64,000 nucleotides of DNA from a virus (Duplodnaviria > Caudoviricetes): positions 61,232-125,231 of the IMG/VR virus record IMGVR_UViG_3300013105_000003; one strand, 5' to 3'. A model generated the notes under the pieces. The model was given only the letters and a program-made list of their open reading frames with translations. It was not told the origin of the DNA and searched no databases. Of this stretch, positions 32,464 through 43,439 are shown piece by piece. Both the position numbers and the translations under genes were made by a program. Positions within the stretch are counted from its first letter, which is position 1. Each line of letters opens with the position of its first letter.

Positions 32464-32577
32464 CTATAATGTGGTGATTAGTAACACTCAACCGAACCAT
32501 AGGCATTATGGCACTCTCACCCAATCCGCGTAGTGAGCTATTACTAATTCTTATGTCACGGAACACACCACAAATCT

Positions 32578-32892
32578 TTAAATACTCCTATGAGCAATTC
32601 CTGAGTTAGTGTACGGTCCGTACCTATCAATGGTGGAAAGCATGTTAGACCTACCTACGGGATTAGCACTGTGAACGCGAATAGCTACGGTGGGAAAGTT
32701 CCCAGACTCTGCCATGTAATCTACTAGCGCCGTACCGTCTCCACCATCGTAGGCAAACTCCCCTAGATCATGGTCTAGGCTAGCGTGAGTCACGGTGCCA
32801 GTCTCCAGGATACGGATAGCCTCACGGACAGACTTAGCATGCACCCAATTATCAGGGCACGGACGGATATCGTCTAACCATAGTTTTGTCAT
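32578..32892 (-). CDS. Cyclic-phosphate-processing receiver-domain protein
   Basis: LWLDD.RP.P..W, SLDHDLG, VHSANPVG motifs. Confidence 0.8.
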   Translation of the reverse strand: MTKLWLDDIRPCPDNWVHAKSVREAIRILETGTVTHASLDHDLGEFAYDGGDGTALVDYMAESGNFPTVAIRVHSANPVGRSNMLSTIDRYGPYTNSGIAHRSI

Positions 32893-33436
32893 TAGCTTTC
32901 ACCTTATTTAGAAGGTCTTTAGTTATGCTTTCCAGTGCATCCACAAATAGTCATACGGTAAGGGTTTTTACAATTACAATCTCCAGGACAAAAACAGCCT
33001 GTCTCTAGTCTAACATCTTCCATTAGAAGATAACCTCCGCATTACTCTCTGCAGCAAAGTCACGGACCCATGCACGGTCCAACTTTTCACCATTGCCAAA
33101 CCGACTAACGTTAAAGCCACCGTAGGCAGCAGTTTTACTATAGATAAATACCTTACCGTCACCTTCAACAAATGAGAGTCTAATGTCCTTTCCGCTGGGA
33201 AAAGTCACGGTGGCATAAATGGTACGCTTAGTCATTTTACTTTCCGCCCCACATAGTAGTAAGTTTGTCTGCTGTCATGGTACGGTGCAGAGCATTACCA
33301 ATCGGGCGGTAACAATCAAGGCATATTCCTCCGGGAAAGACAGCCAACTCGCTAATGGTATTCTTACACATAGTGCAATTAACCTTACGGTCGATAAGTT
33401 CCATTATTTCATATCCTCTCAGTTGTGTTTCTGTCC

Positions 33437-34865
33437 CTTAGTGGACAATGCATAGCCTAGCACACAGGTCTAGGCTACACACAATGCACTAAGTTCTAAT
33501 CCTTCCAAACGTTGGGACGGTTACGCAATTTGTAAAACTTAGGGTAACGATACCGTGACCATAAGTTGCGGAATACAGTAATCACATTTTTAGCTCCTCT
33601 CATTTGTTTGTCCTTAGTGGACAACTACCGACACGGTACCATGTATCCGTGTCGGAAGCAATGCACTAAGAATTATCAAATTTTAAATTTAATGCCGGCT
33701 ATATACCTCTCATGATATACTAAACTAGGGAATTCAATCGGTGCCAAGAATCAATTGGCTTTTCATTGTCGTAATAACGAACGGTAACACGCCGTAGGAT
33801 AGCAGAACAATCCTTATTTGTGCATTCCTGCACCGAATAAGAATTAGTAACGCTAAAGCCTTTAAAAGACCACTTGTGTTGTTTATGATCCTTTGCTGTA
33901 CCGTCGATCAACTTAGCGTAACGGTCTCCGAACGTCCACACAAAATGATGATAGTCGAAATAATCTCGCGTAGACATTAGGGGGTCGGTACGGTAAAGCA
34001 TTTCGATAAACACGCCCCATTCGTCAAACGTTGCGGCTCGGTAATCATTACCGTTAGACATACGCGACGAATTACCGGACAGCTTAATTTCCCATGCTTT
34101 ATCATGAGTACGCGAACGATGCTCCGTAGCGGTCTCCAGTGTGACACCTGCCACCGTGGCGGCATTGTCGATAACGCTACTGTCTACCGTAGAGCTAGTG
34201 TGAAAACGCATTGTATAATCCTCTCATGGTTTGCCCTTAGTGGACAATTCCGACCATAGTTTTAGCTATGGTCGAAACAATTCACTAAGAATTCAATCTT
34301 CTTCCACTAGGTTATTAACGATAGTGGAATGAGTAAACCCATAACTATCGAGTAACTTAGATATTTCTTTTTCAATTGCGACAGACTCCCAACCAGAACA
34401 CTCTACCGAAAAGGCTATTTCATACATGTTATTCTCTGGCATTATGTAATCCTCTCATATGGCTACGGTGCATCAATTGATTGATACAATACCTAATACA
34501 TTCCCAGGAATGCACTAGATACAATGCCAATTAACTAACACGGACAGAACCACAACGGCGTGTCGCAGAACGGACAACGTTTGCGGTCTGTCATGTGCTC
34601 TCGCGTCGGTTCAAATGACGCGAGCGTGTCACTCATGCCATTACGAACAGTGGCACGATTACGCCGCCTCTGCTGCCTTTTCGCAATGGTAACTGCTCGC
34701 CCAATAGCACGCGATTCACGCGAGTTAGAGCGCCACTTGCCATCGTTAAGAGACAACTCAACACGCTTAGCTGTCAAGGTAGACATAGTGTAATCCTCTC
34801 ATTTTAGGCGTTTATTAACGCAATTTCACTAACGGATTGCTCCGTTAATGAAACAATGCTAATAA
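33437..34865 (-). repeat. Five intergenic long hairpins with a conserved ATTG/ATTG internal loop, each followed by a TGAGAGGA SD leader
   Basis: 33437-33493, 33613-33670, 34236-34289, 34473-34534, 34812-34865; G-U pairs favour the minus strand. Confidence 0.75.
33720..34211 (-). CDS. Hypothetical early protein
   Basis: GAGAGGA SD; AATFDEWG.F...L motif. Confidence 0.7.
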   Translation of the reverse strand: MRFHTSSTVDSSVIDNAATVAGVTLETATEHRSRTHDKAWEIKLSGNSSRMSNGNDYRAATFDEWGVFIEMLYRTDPLMSTRDYFDYHHFVWTFGDRYAKLIDGTAKDHKQHKWSFKGFSVTNSYSVQECTNKDCSAILRRVTVRYYDNEKPIDSWHRLNSLV

Positions 34866-35576
34866 CTCACCTGCCTATCTTTATAGCTATCCACGTTCCG
34901 ATTGCCATTATTAGAGCAATGACTACAGGATTAGTTAGCATTAAATAGCCTTAGTAAAGATATGGTATTGGCGCGGCGTAGTGTTTAGGTACTCACGTCC
35001 GGCATTGATAGCTGCAACGCGCATAACACTATACCGACGACAAATGTCCGCAACCTCTGAGAATAGCGGAGTATCGTCAATATCTGACAACTCACTAACG
35101 CTAAGCTTTGTAAGATTAATCATTGGGTATCCTCTCATTGTGCTAATTGGTTAATGCCAAACCGCACCGAAAAGGCTACGGTGTGACATTAAACAATTAG
35201 AAATGTTTCATGAGATAAGGATTATTCCACTATTCAAGAATCAAATAACTAGCGTGAAAGATACTCACTCCGAACTAATCGGATATCTAACACTTATTAG
35301 GTTGTGAATTGGGCGCTTAGCTAGTGGTGGATTCTTATTACTAGCCATTGTCATTTATACACGCGACCTAACTACTGTCTGGCACACCTACGCCTGGACC
35401 CAATTCTATTAAGTTTTTACCTTTAATTAGACCTTTAGTTAGTTACTGCCTTTTACTTATCTTGCAATACCGGACAACCTAGCACGTTTAGAGACTATGG
35501 TCAATCCCTCTCGCCATGCGATATTAGCGGGATATCTGTAGTGTCTCCGTATTGTGTTGTTTTTCCGATAGGCAGA

Positions 35577-35637
35577 ACATTACCGGCACTTGTGGAGTCT
35601 GTCTAGCCCTGTCTCAAAACATCTCATATCGTGAGAT
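35577..35637 (-). promoter_or_regulatory. Leftward early promoter with IclR-like palindrome
   Basis: Minus strand ATCTCACGATATGAGAT-N15-TAGACA-N17-TAATGT; a second leftward promoter TTGACC-N17-TAGGTT lies at about 35476-35504. Confidence 0.7.
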
Positions 35638-35787
35638 GCATAGGCCGGCTATACAACCTGGAACCGTTGCAATTGCAACGAATTTGGTCACTTTGTACCA
35701 ATCTTTGTACTAGCCGGCCCGGTCCTGTCTTATCTGCGCATACACGCGAATAGCAGACACTAGGGCAGACTGTCAAGGTCTAGGCTA

Positions 35788-35843
35788 TGTGACGTAGGTC
35801 ACACTGTAGAGACTTGACACTCCGTAGCGGCATGCCTTAAGTT
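35788..35843 (+). promoter_or_regulatory. Promoter with perfect CRP/GlxR box
   Basis: TGTGA-CGTAGG-TCACA, 10 nt, TTGACA-N18-TAAGTT. Confidence 0.8.
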
Positions 35844-35885
35844 TCTCATATCGGAACAAAACACAACCAAACGAAAGGCAAAACA

Positions 35886-36257
35886 ATGGCAAACTCTAAT
35901 GCGGTCCGTGCATGGGCATCTACTCACACCGACGAGGCCGGAAAGCCTTATGCACTCGCAAACTCTCGCGGTCGATTGGCATTCGATGCGATCAAGGCAT
36001 TCAATGATGCACATCCCGACGACCCTTACAACGTGTCGGAGAACGTACCTCCGTCGCAGCTTTATACGCCGCGAGTTGTGAGCGTTAAGACTTTCAAGTC
36101 TGGCACTTCCAAGTCTGGCAAGACTTATAAAGTGCCGGTAACTAAGTCTGTGAATCTGGCAGACTTCCGAACGTGGGCCGTCGCTCAAGGTCACAAGGTC
36201 GGAGCGCGTGGGCGTGTCTCGCGTGAGTTGCTGGAGAGTTACGCCGCTACTGTCTGA
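35886..36257 (+). CDS. lsr2: Lsr2-like protein made of two DNA-binding (RGR) domains, without the oligomerisation domain
   Basis: AVRAWA...NSRGRL...AFNDAH and FRTWA..QG.KVGARGRVS....Y. Confidence 0.8.
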   Translation: MANSNAVRAWASTHTDEAGKPYALANSRGRLAFDAIKAFNDAHPDDPYNVSENVPPSQLYTPRVVSVKTFKSGTSKSGKTYKVPVTKSVNLADFRTWAVAQGHKVGARGRVSRELLESYAATV

Positions 36258-36267
36258 CAGTAGGGCA

Positions 36268-36314
36268 GGATTAGCCTAAATGGTAGGTTTATCGGTTCGA
36301 TTCCGACTAATCCA
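36268..36314 (+). ncRNA. 47-nt mini-tRNA-like element lacking the anticodon arm
   Basis: GGATTAG/CTAATCC+A acceptor, CCTA-AATGG-TAGG hairpin, TCGG-TTCGATT-CCGA T arm. Confidence 0.55.
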
Positions 36315-37231
36315 CTAGGCGATCCCGTACTAATGCGATTACTGACATTAGGCGACGATTGCCACCAATTTACAAACAATTGCACCAAATGAGAGGATTA
36401 GGGTAATGGTCAAGTATCTTGAATTTGAGAGTGTGCAAGGATTCCAAATTACGCTCAAAACTCCACGTAATCCTAGCGTTAGCGGATATGGGCGAAAGAT
36501 TCCGACTAGCGGAATGGTTAACTATAATGGTCGCTGGCACCGTGTCTACGTTATGAATTACGGAAATTCTGGCAGTGCATACATTGTCAGTAAAGGTCAA
36601 GAATTGTTCTTGGATATTGACACCGAATACATCTATCAAGGTGTCACGCCGAATTCTTGGAAATGAAAGGATTTAACTAATGGATTACTCACTTTATGAA
36701 TGGTCACGCGATAAGGCTAATGGTACAGTCTCCGTTACTTATTTCAATGGAAGTGGAGCAACTAGGCAAGGCGCAGACGTTATCGCACGTAGCCTAATCC
36801 CTAATGCAAGGCTTTACGCGAAAGGTGAGACTTTCGGCGTGGCGGGTAAGAATCTCAGACTATATTGGGACATTGAAAGGATTAGCTAATGGCAACGCTT
36901 TACGATGAAACAAATATGCGCAAAACTCCAGGGAATTGGAAGAATCTTTTCGAGCTACTGGTAACGGAGTATATGAGACATCCTCACATTAAGCGATTAG
37001 CACTAAAGTCTAAAAGTGGTGCGGAACGTTCCGCTTATGCCACTTGCAAGAATCAGACACGCGGAGGGTATGGCATTTATACAGGGACAAAACGACTAAG
37101 GCTAGAATTGTCAGAATCAGAACTAATCGAATTCAATGAGGAATATCCCTTACCAGAGTAAAGGATCAAACTAATGAGAGTGCAGCGGAGGCATTCGCAG
37201 ACATGGAAGTGCGAGAGTACCCGCTGCCGTA

Positions 37232-37282
37232 GTCTCACGATGTGAGACGCTACTAGACACACTGGAGTCTGTCCGGTAATGT
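37232..37282 (+). promoter_or_regulatory. Promoter with IclR-like palindrome
   Basis: GTCTCACGATGTGAGAC-N5-TAGACA-N17-TAATGT; same arrangement at 38645-38694 (N16-TAAAAT). Confidence 0.75.
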
Positions 37283-39688
37283 CTTCTATATCAACAAAAA
37301 CACTCCACTACCTAGTTAAAGGATGAAACCATGCAACTCTCAAACTATGGCCGCGCGGAATTGTCAGACTTGGATCATGTTTACCTGACAATGGAAGACA
37401 TTAGGGAAATTGCGGACAACGATCCCGATTCTCATTGGTTTAATTCGCTTAAGCCATTTGGAGTTAGTGAGCAATCACTCTCCAGTGTCGTGAAAGTTTC
37501 CGCGACCGAATACCGTTTTGTCTGCCGAGAATATGACTCATTTGACCAGACCACTAAGTCATATCGAGTGCATTCTGTGAAATTGTCGGTAGGGTATCGT
37601 GGGAAGTCTCCGGAAAGTCTGCGCACCTATTGGCGTGCCAATGTGAGCGCGTGCAGTGATCCGGAATCGGATCGAACCTATTTCAGCACGCGGAAGGCAG
37701 CAGAAAAGGCACTGCCGAACCTAGTCCGCGATTTCGATTAGTCGAATTGTTTCACTAACGGGTAATCCTCCGTTATCCGTTAGTGGAATTGTTCACCTAA
37801 TCAACCAATGATTGAAAGTAGGTTAGACAATGTACGAAGCACTCATTGCACAGGCATTCCAACAAGCATATGACTACAAGCGCCAAACATATCCAAATTT
37901 GGATATGTGGGATTATATCTCAGAGCATATTTACCAATATGGAAATGACCGACGTTATAAGCTGCATTTACTGGCAGCTAGCACTAGTTTTAGGTCTGCT
38001 CTTGTCAAGTATCATGGTATCAGCTATTACGTAGATCATGACTACCCAACTAACACATATTCGGTAACTCGCCGGATTAGGTAAGTCACTGGAATAGACA
38101 TATAACTAACGACATGTTTAATCGACGTAATCCCAAATTGACCATAAAGCGCCGTATTAAGATAGTGCAGCACCATTACAACGAAATGACGCGAGCTGCA
38201 CTAAATGACGCGCTAACCTACGAACAGAAACAATCCGAGATAACTCACCATGCTCTAATGGTGGAGAAATACAAGACAGAACTTTTCTACACAAACGATT
38301 GAAAAGGAATAAAAATATGCGTACAGCCCTGGAATTGGCACTAATGGAAATTGCGTCGGTAGGTATGGCATGGGAAGGGGAGAACGACTCACCGACCGGA
38401 AGTTTTGCGCTCATTACCATTAATGACGAGACGCGTAGCGATCCATGCGAGGATATCGACGCTAACGATTGGCTACAGTCCACTACTGGAGAGGTTCACT
38501 ACATCATCCAATGGGACTCTAACGGCCAAACGTGGGTAACAGAGCATGACAACGCGCACGACGCCAGCTCACACCTAGCAGAGCTAACGGCAGAATATTA
38601 CGCGTGGGATTATCAAGGTGTGGACGATCTAGCTATCTAGGGTAGTCTCACGATGTGAGACGCTACTAGACAGACTCAAAAAACACTGTAAAATCTCAAC
38701 TATGCTAAAGACATTCGGAGTCCTCGCCACCCTCGCAGCTATCGCGCTAGGTCTGTATTTTGCGCCCAGCGCGATAGCTGCACATTTCGACCACACTTCA
38801 GTCTCCTACGTCAGTAGTTCAACACTCGACGCAAAGCTAGCGCGCAATGCTCACAGTGTTGCAACGCGCGGAGGTGCATTTCTAGACAATGCCGATATCT
38901 CACGCGCTAACATCGTTTCAGCTCACCAAACGGAGGTTAAGTAATGTTTAGGGTAGTGAGAGACAATAGCACGACAACTAGTGACGTAGAGACTAGCCTC
39001 AGTCTTAATGATGCTAGGGAGTTGGCAGAGTTACATGCGAGTGAGCACGCGGAACGAATTGACGTTAGCTATTGGCAAGTAGGCTTCAGTAGCGACGCAT
39101 TTAGATTTATTACCAATAACGGGACAACTGTAACCTATAAGGTCGAAAAGGATGAAACGAAATGACCATGTATGCGATTGTTATTAGTTCGGTACGACTG
39201 ACTAAGGACGGATATTCGTCAAGTAGGCAGACGCCTACGTTTTACCTTGATTCTAAAGTGCAAGGGATTGTAAATGCTAAACATGCCGCATTGATTGCGC
39301 TAGACATAGCTAACACATTCCACGCTACAGAAAACAATGAGAGGATTAGTGTCTACGCGATTAACAATGACGATGGAACCGACAACTATCATATGGGATG
39401 GAAGGATGAAACGAAATGAAAGACTATGAGCTGCCTACACTAGCAGAACGTGCCGACATTGTGGAACGTGCAAACTCTCGCGGATTCACTTTTAGTGGAC
39501 ATCCTGCAGTCTTGGCAGGCTATAACCTGCCATACCCTCGCGTGCATGTTAAGGGATTCACTAGCGGAGGTGCAGAGGTGTCATGGTACCTAGCAGAGCG
39601 TCTAGCGTCTGGAGAGACTACTAACGTAAACGGGTAGGGCAAGAGACACGCGAGGACGTAGTTAGCGCGTTAGAGAGTGCGTCCAAGG

Positions 39689-39743
39689 TGTGACGTAGGT
39701 CACACTGTAGAGACTTGACTTTGCCAGACTCTGCACTTAGGTT
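39689..39743 (+). promoter_or_regulatory. Second promoter with an identical CRP/GlxR box
   Basis: TGTGACGTAGGTCACA, 10 nt, TTGACT-N17-TAGGTT; leader TCATATCGGAACAAAA shared with the 35788 promoter and 41024. Confidence 0.8.
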
Positions 39744-40833
39744 TGGTCATATCGGAACAAAACACAAGACCAGAGCTATTCTACCCAAACGATTGAAAAG
39801 GATTAAAAATATGCGTACTTCCCTGGAATTGGCACTAATGGAAATTGCTTCAATCGGCATGGCATGGAAAGCTACTGACTTGACCAATGAATCCCTCATT
39901 GCTCTCATGTCGTGCGATTGGGAGGGAGAAGGTCTCTCACTTTACATGATGGGACTAATCCAAGAAGAGTTCAACGCACGTAACCTTTCCAACTGAGAAA
40001 AGGATATGTAATGGAACACCGAATCAAGAGCACTACTCACAACTTTTCTAGTGTCGTCATTAACTGCACATGTGGAGCTAACTTTACCGGAAACTCATAT
40101 GAGGCAGAGTACAACGACGTAAACGAACGGCAGGCATTGGGAGAGTTCCGCTCACACGTAAGCCTGCAGGCTCGCATGGCGATTGCAAGGATCTGTAATG
40201 GGAACGTCTAAAGGATCGACAACGCGCGTTATTGACTCTGGCGAGTTACCTAGTGACTCCACACCGAAACAATGTTTTTGGGGGTGTGGGTACACTACAC
40301 TACGCACAACGCGCAAATTTAATGCACTAGATCAATTGGTGACAGTGCCAGAGTGCGGATACTGCGCCCATGATATCGAATTAGCTGATTCTGTCCGCTC
40401 TGTATGAATCGAAAGGATATAACGAAATGAGTTTAACGCTTAGGGAACGTGCACAATGTGCAATGATTGACGGACTAATGTTCGGCGATTGGTTCGACAC
40501 GCGCAATTGGGTAGACGATGAAAAGGATTCTGCTCTGCCTAAGTCATACGAGATTAGGGTGTTAGAAGATTCTGACGAACTAATCCCTATGACAGAATGG
40601 CGAAAGGTTACGCCGCGTGACATTACTAAGGCACTCCGTTACATAGCGTCGGCTGGCAACCCTGCTAACCTAACTGATGACATTGTGGAATCGTGCAAGG
40701 CATTCTTGAATGATCCTGATTCTGCTGCAGCTAGTCGTTTCGATTCAATTTGTGCCGATGCTGCACTCCAGATAATCACGATGGGAAAGGTCGAATTTGG
40801 TTAGCCTAGGCAGGTGAGCCATTGTCGGGAGAC

Positions 40834-40852
40834 ATAGGTTAGGCTAACCTCA
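40834..40852. promoter_or_regulatory. IdeR/DtxR-family iron box
   Basis: ATAGGTTAGGCTAACCTCA, 17/19 to consensus TTAGGTTAGGCTAACCTAA. Confidence 0.7.
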
Positions 40853-42196
40853 CTTTACCAGGACTGTACCATCCTTTGTACCATGCCCTGGAGCGCCGGC
40901 CTAGATACATAGTTGTCCTATGCAACTAATTATGTACTAGTACAAACAAGTGTGCGACTGTCCACGATGTGAGACAGCTCCAGACAGGAACTAGACAACC
41001 TACTGTCTGTCATGCTTAGATACTCATATCGGAACAAAAACAAGCGGAGGGCTAAGACAATGAACAACATTCTCGCAATCTATCGGGTAGGCGGAGCAGT
41101 CCTCACGTTGTCTCACACGTTCACAGACACACCTAAGTATCAGGTGCATGTCAATGAAACGTTGCTAATGTCCTCACATGAGTTTGGAATGGTGGAGCCA
41201 TTCTATTACGAGACATTGCAAGATTACGCGGTTGATGAAATTCAACCTACTCGAATTTTCGTTAACTACTGACAACTAGTAGCCTTTCCCATTGTCGGGA
41301 GACATAGGGAACATCGAAAGGATTAGGTAATGGAAAATATCTATATCGTTCGTCTGGTCAAAGATGGGATTGACGGAGCTATCGTCGGAGTATTCCGCAA
41401 TGAGTCCGACGCGAGGTCGGAATGTGCTAGACAGAATGCCGACAATTTCGTTGGCTGTCTGTCTGAAGTGCAGCGTTATAACGTAATCTAAATGCCTTGC
41501 ATTTATCCGATCTAGTATCGGGTAAGTGTTGGATATTTAGAAAACATCGAAAGGATTAGGTAATGGGAACAAAAGTAATGGCAATTGTAGAATCTCCCAC
41601 TAACGGAGAAATTTACGCGATTCCCTTTGCTAATCAGTTTGCAGCTCAAGATTGGGCAGATAAGCATGATAACGAAATTCTCACTATTGCCATTTATCCA
41701 CTAAGCAACGCGCGCGCAATGCTCGCAATGATCGAAAAGGATTAACGAAATGTCACACTCTACAGATATTGTCGGATATACCTACAAGGCAGACAATTAC
41801 TGCACTGGTTGCATTATCGACGCATTGCCTACTGGGGAGGGTGAGGAATTCGATGGATGGAAACTAACTAGCGGCATTCGTATGTCTACCGAGAAGAATC
41901 TGACAGAGCTTGCCTACGCGTTCGGCATTGATCGGAACGACGAATATTCGTTTGACTCTAGCGAATTCCCTAAAGTCATATTTGCTTACATGCTAGATGG
42001 TCCGCACTACTGCAGTAACTGTCGATGCGAACTAGTTTGGTAGCTAGCGCAGGCAGGCAGGCAGGCAGGGACAGAGCTGGCAGGCTAGGACGTTGGAATC
42101 CTGCCAGCCTTGGCTAGTTTCGTCGGTAGGGTTGCGCTGCAGCTGGGAAGGTGTACACTGAGACACAACACACCGACACAAGCGGAGGGCAGTCTC

Positions 42197-43375
42197 ATGG
42201 CAACCTACACACTTTCACCGGCAGAGTTTGCACTCACTGTTGAAAAACTCGCCAAGGTCAATGAGCGGGCAGAGCGTAAGGGATTCACCGGCAGAGTCTC
42301 TGTTAGTGGTCGGACTGAGACGCGCAAAGATGACTTTGGCTATACTTACGCCGTTGTCGTCACTGAGATTATCGGAGACGCCCCGAAATACAATGGATGG
42401 GAGTTTCTGGCAGCAGTAGACACAGTGGGAGACAATTTCGTTATCCGTGGCGCTGCAGGGACAGACATAGACAACATTGATCGGTCAATGCTTAAGGCTG
42501 GACAGTGCCAGCACTGTAACATCGAAAAGTCTAACCGAATTCACACCTACCTAGTTCGCAATGAATCGGGAGAATTTAAGCAGGTTGGCTCTACGTGCAT
42601 TCGTGATTTCCTTGGCTTGAATATCTTCCCTGGAATGATTCTAGAGTCTGACGTAGACGAAATTGTCGGAGGCTTTAGCGGCATGGCGCGTGAGTACACT
42701 CCGGAAACAATTGTCTCTGTCGCATGTGCTGCAGTTAAGAAGTTTGGTTATGTTTCATCGCAGGTGTGGGAACGTGAGAGCACGCGCACAACTGTAGAAC
42801 GTTTTCTATACCCTGCTTCGCAAGGTCAAGCACAAAAGGATGATCTTGCGTTGCACGCTGAGCTGTCTCCGCTAGTTGATACTGACAAAGCGGAGACAAT
42901 CATCGAAACGCTCACAAGTGCATTCTCAGACAGGGGAGGATATCAAGGTAACCTTTACGCCGTTCTGTCAGGTGACGTGGTGACTTCCAAACATATGGGC
43001 ATTGCAGTCTCTGCCGTCATTGCTTATGACAAACTAGTGGAAGGTAACAGGCAAGCTGCAGTCTGGGCAGATGAAAAGGCAGCACGCGAGGCTAAGGCAG
43101 CATCTATCGACTACGTAGGGACAATCGGAGAAAAGATTACTATTACCGGAATCGTTTCTAAGAATATGGTAATCGAAACTATGTATGGCTTTAGTCATCT
43201 CGTCATTGTGGAAGGTGACAATTTCGTCGCTAAAATGTTCACTACTGCAGGATGGTCGGAGAGTGATTCTGCCGACGTAGATAAGACAGTTACTCTCACT
43301 GGAACAGTCAAGGCACATGACGAATACAATGGCACTAAGCAGACAGTCCTCACTAGGGCAAAGCTAGTCAAGTAG
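42197..43375 (+). CDS. Conserved early phage protein with Zn motif (CQHC...VGSTC) and C-terminal OB fold
   Basis: GGAGG SD before ATG 42197; G.IGEKI...GTVK.HDEY.G.KQT.LTR OB-fold pattern. Confidence 0.75.
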   Translation: MATYTLSPAEFALTVEKLAKVNERAERKGFTGRVSVSGRTETRKDDFGYTYAVVVTEIIGDAPKYNGWEFLAAVDTVGDNFVIRGAAGTDIDNIDRSMLKAGQCQHCNIEKSNRIHTYLVRNESGEFKQVGSTCIRDFLGLNIFPGMILESDVDEIVGGFSGMAREYTPETIVSVACAAVKKFGYVSSQVWERESTRTTVERFLYPASQGQAQKDDLALHAELSPLVDTDKAETIIETLTSAFSDRGGYQGNLYAVLSGDVVTSKHMGIAVSAVIAYDKLVEGNRQAAVWADEKAAREAKAASIDYVGTIGEKITITGIVSKNMVIETMYGFSHLVIVEGDNFVAKMFTTAGWSESDSADVDKTVTLTGTVKAHDEYNGTKQTVLTRAKLVK

Positions 43376-43387
43376 TTTTTACTAGAT

Positions 43388-43424
43388 AAGGCACTAGGTA
43401 ACTAACACTTACCTAGTGCCTTTT
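43388..43424 (+). terminator. Intrinsic terminator
   Basis: AAGGCACTAGGTAA...TTACCTAGTGCCTTTT. Confidence 0.8.
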
Positions 43425-43439
43425 CGTATGCCCATATAT

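Larger units (their letters stand above)
29234..35182. repeat. Zone enriched in the dispersed heptamer CTACGGT
   Basis: 17 copies on + and 5 on - counted by eye in 6 kb; about 3 seen in the rest of the window. Confidence 0.8.
36406..42043 (+). other. Rightward early-type operons of about 20 small hypothetical genes with a shared AAAGGAT SD
   Basis: GAAAGGAT/GAGAGGAT before most starts; higher CpG/CGCG content than the rest of the genome. Confidence 0.75.
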
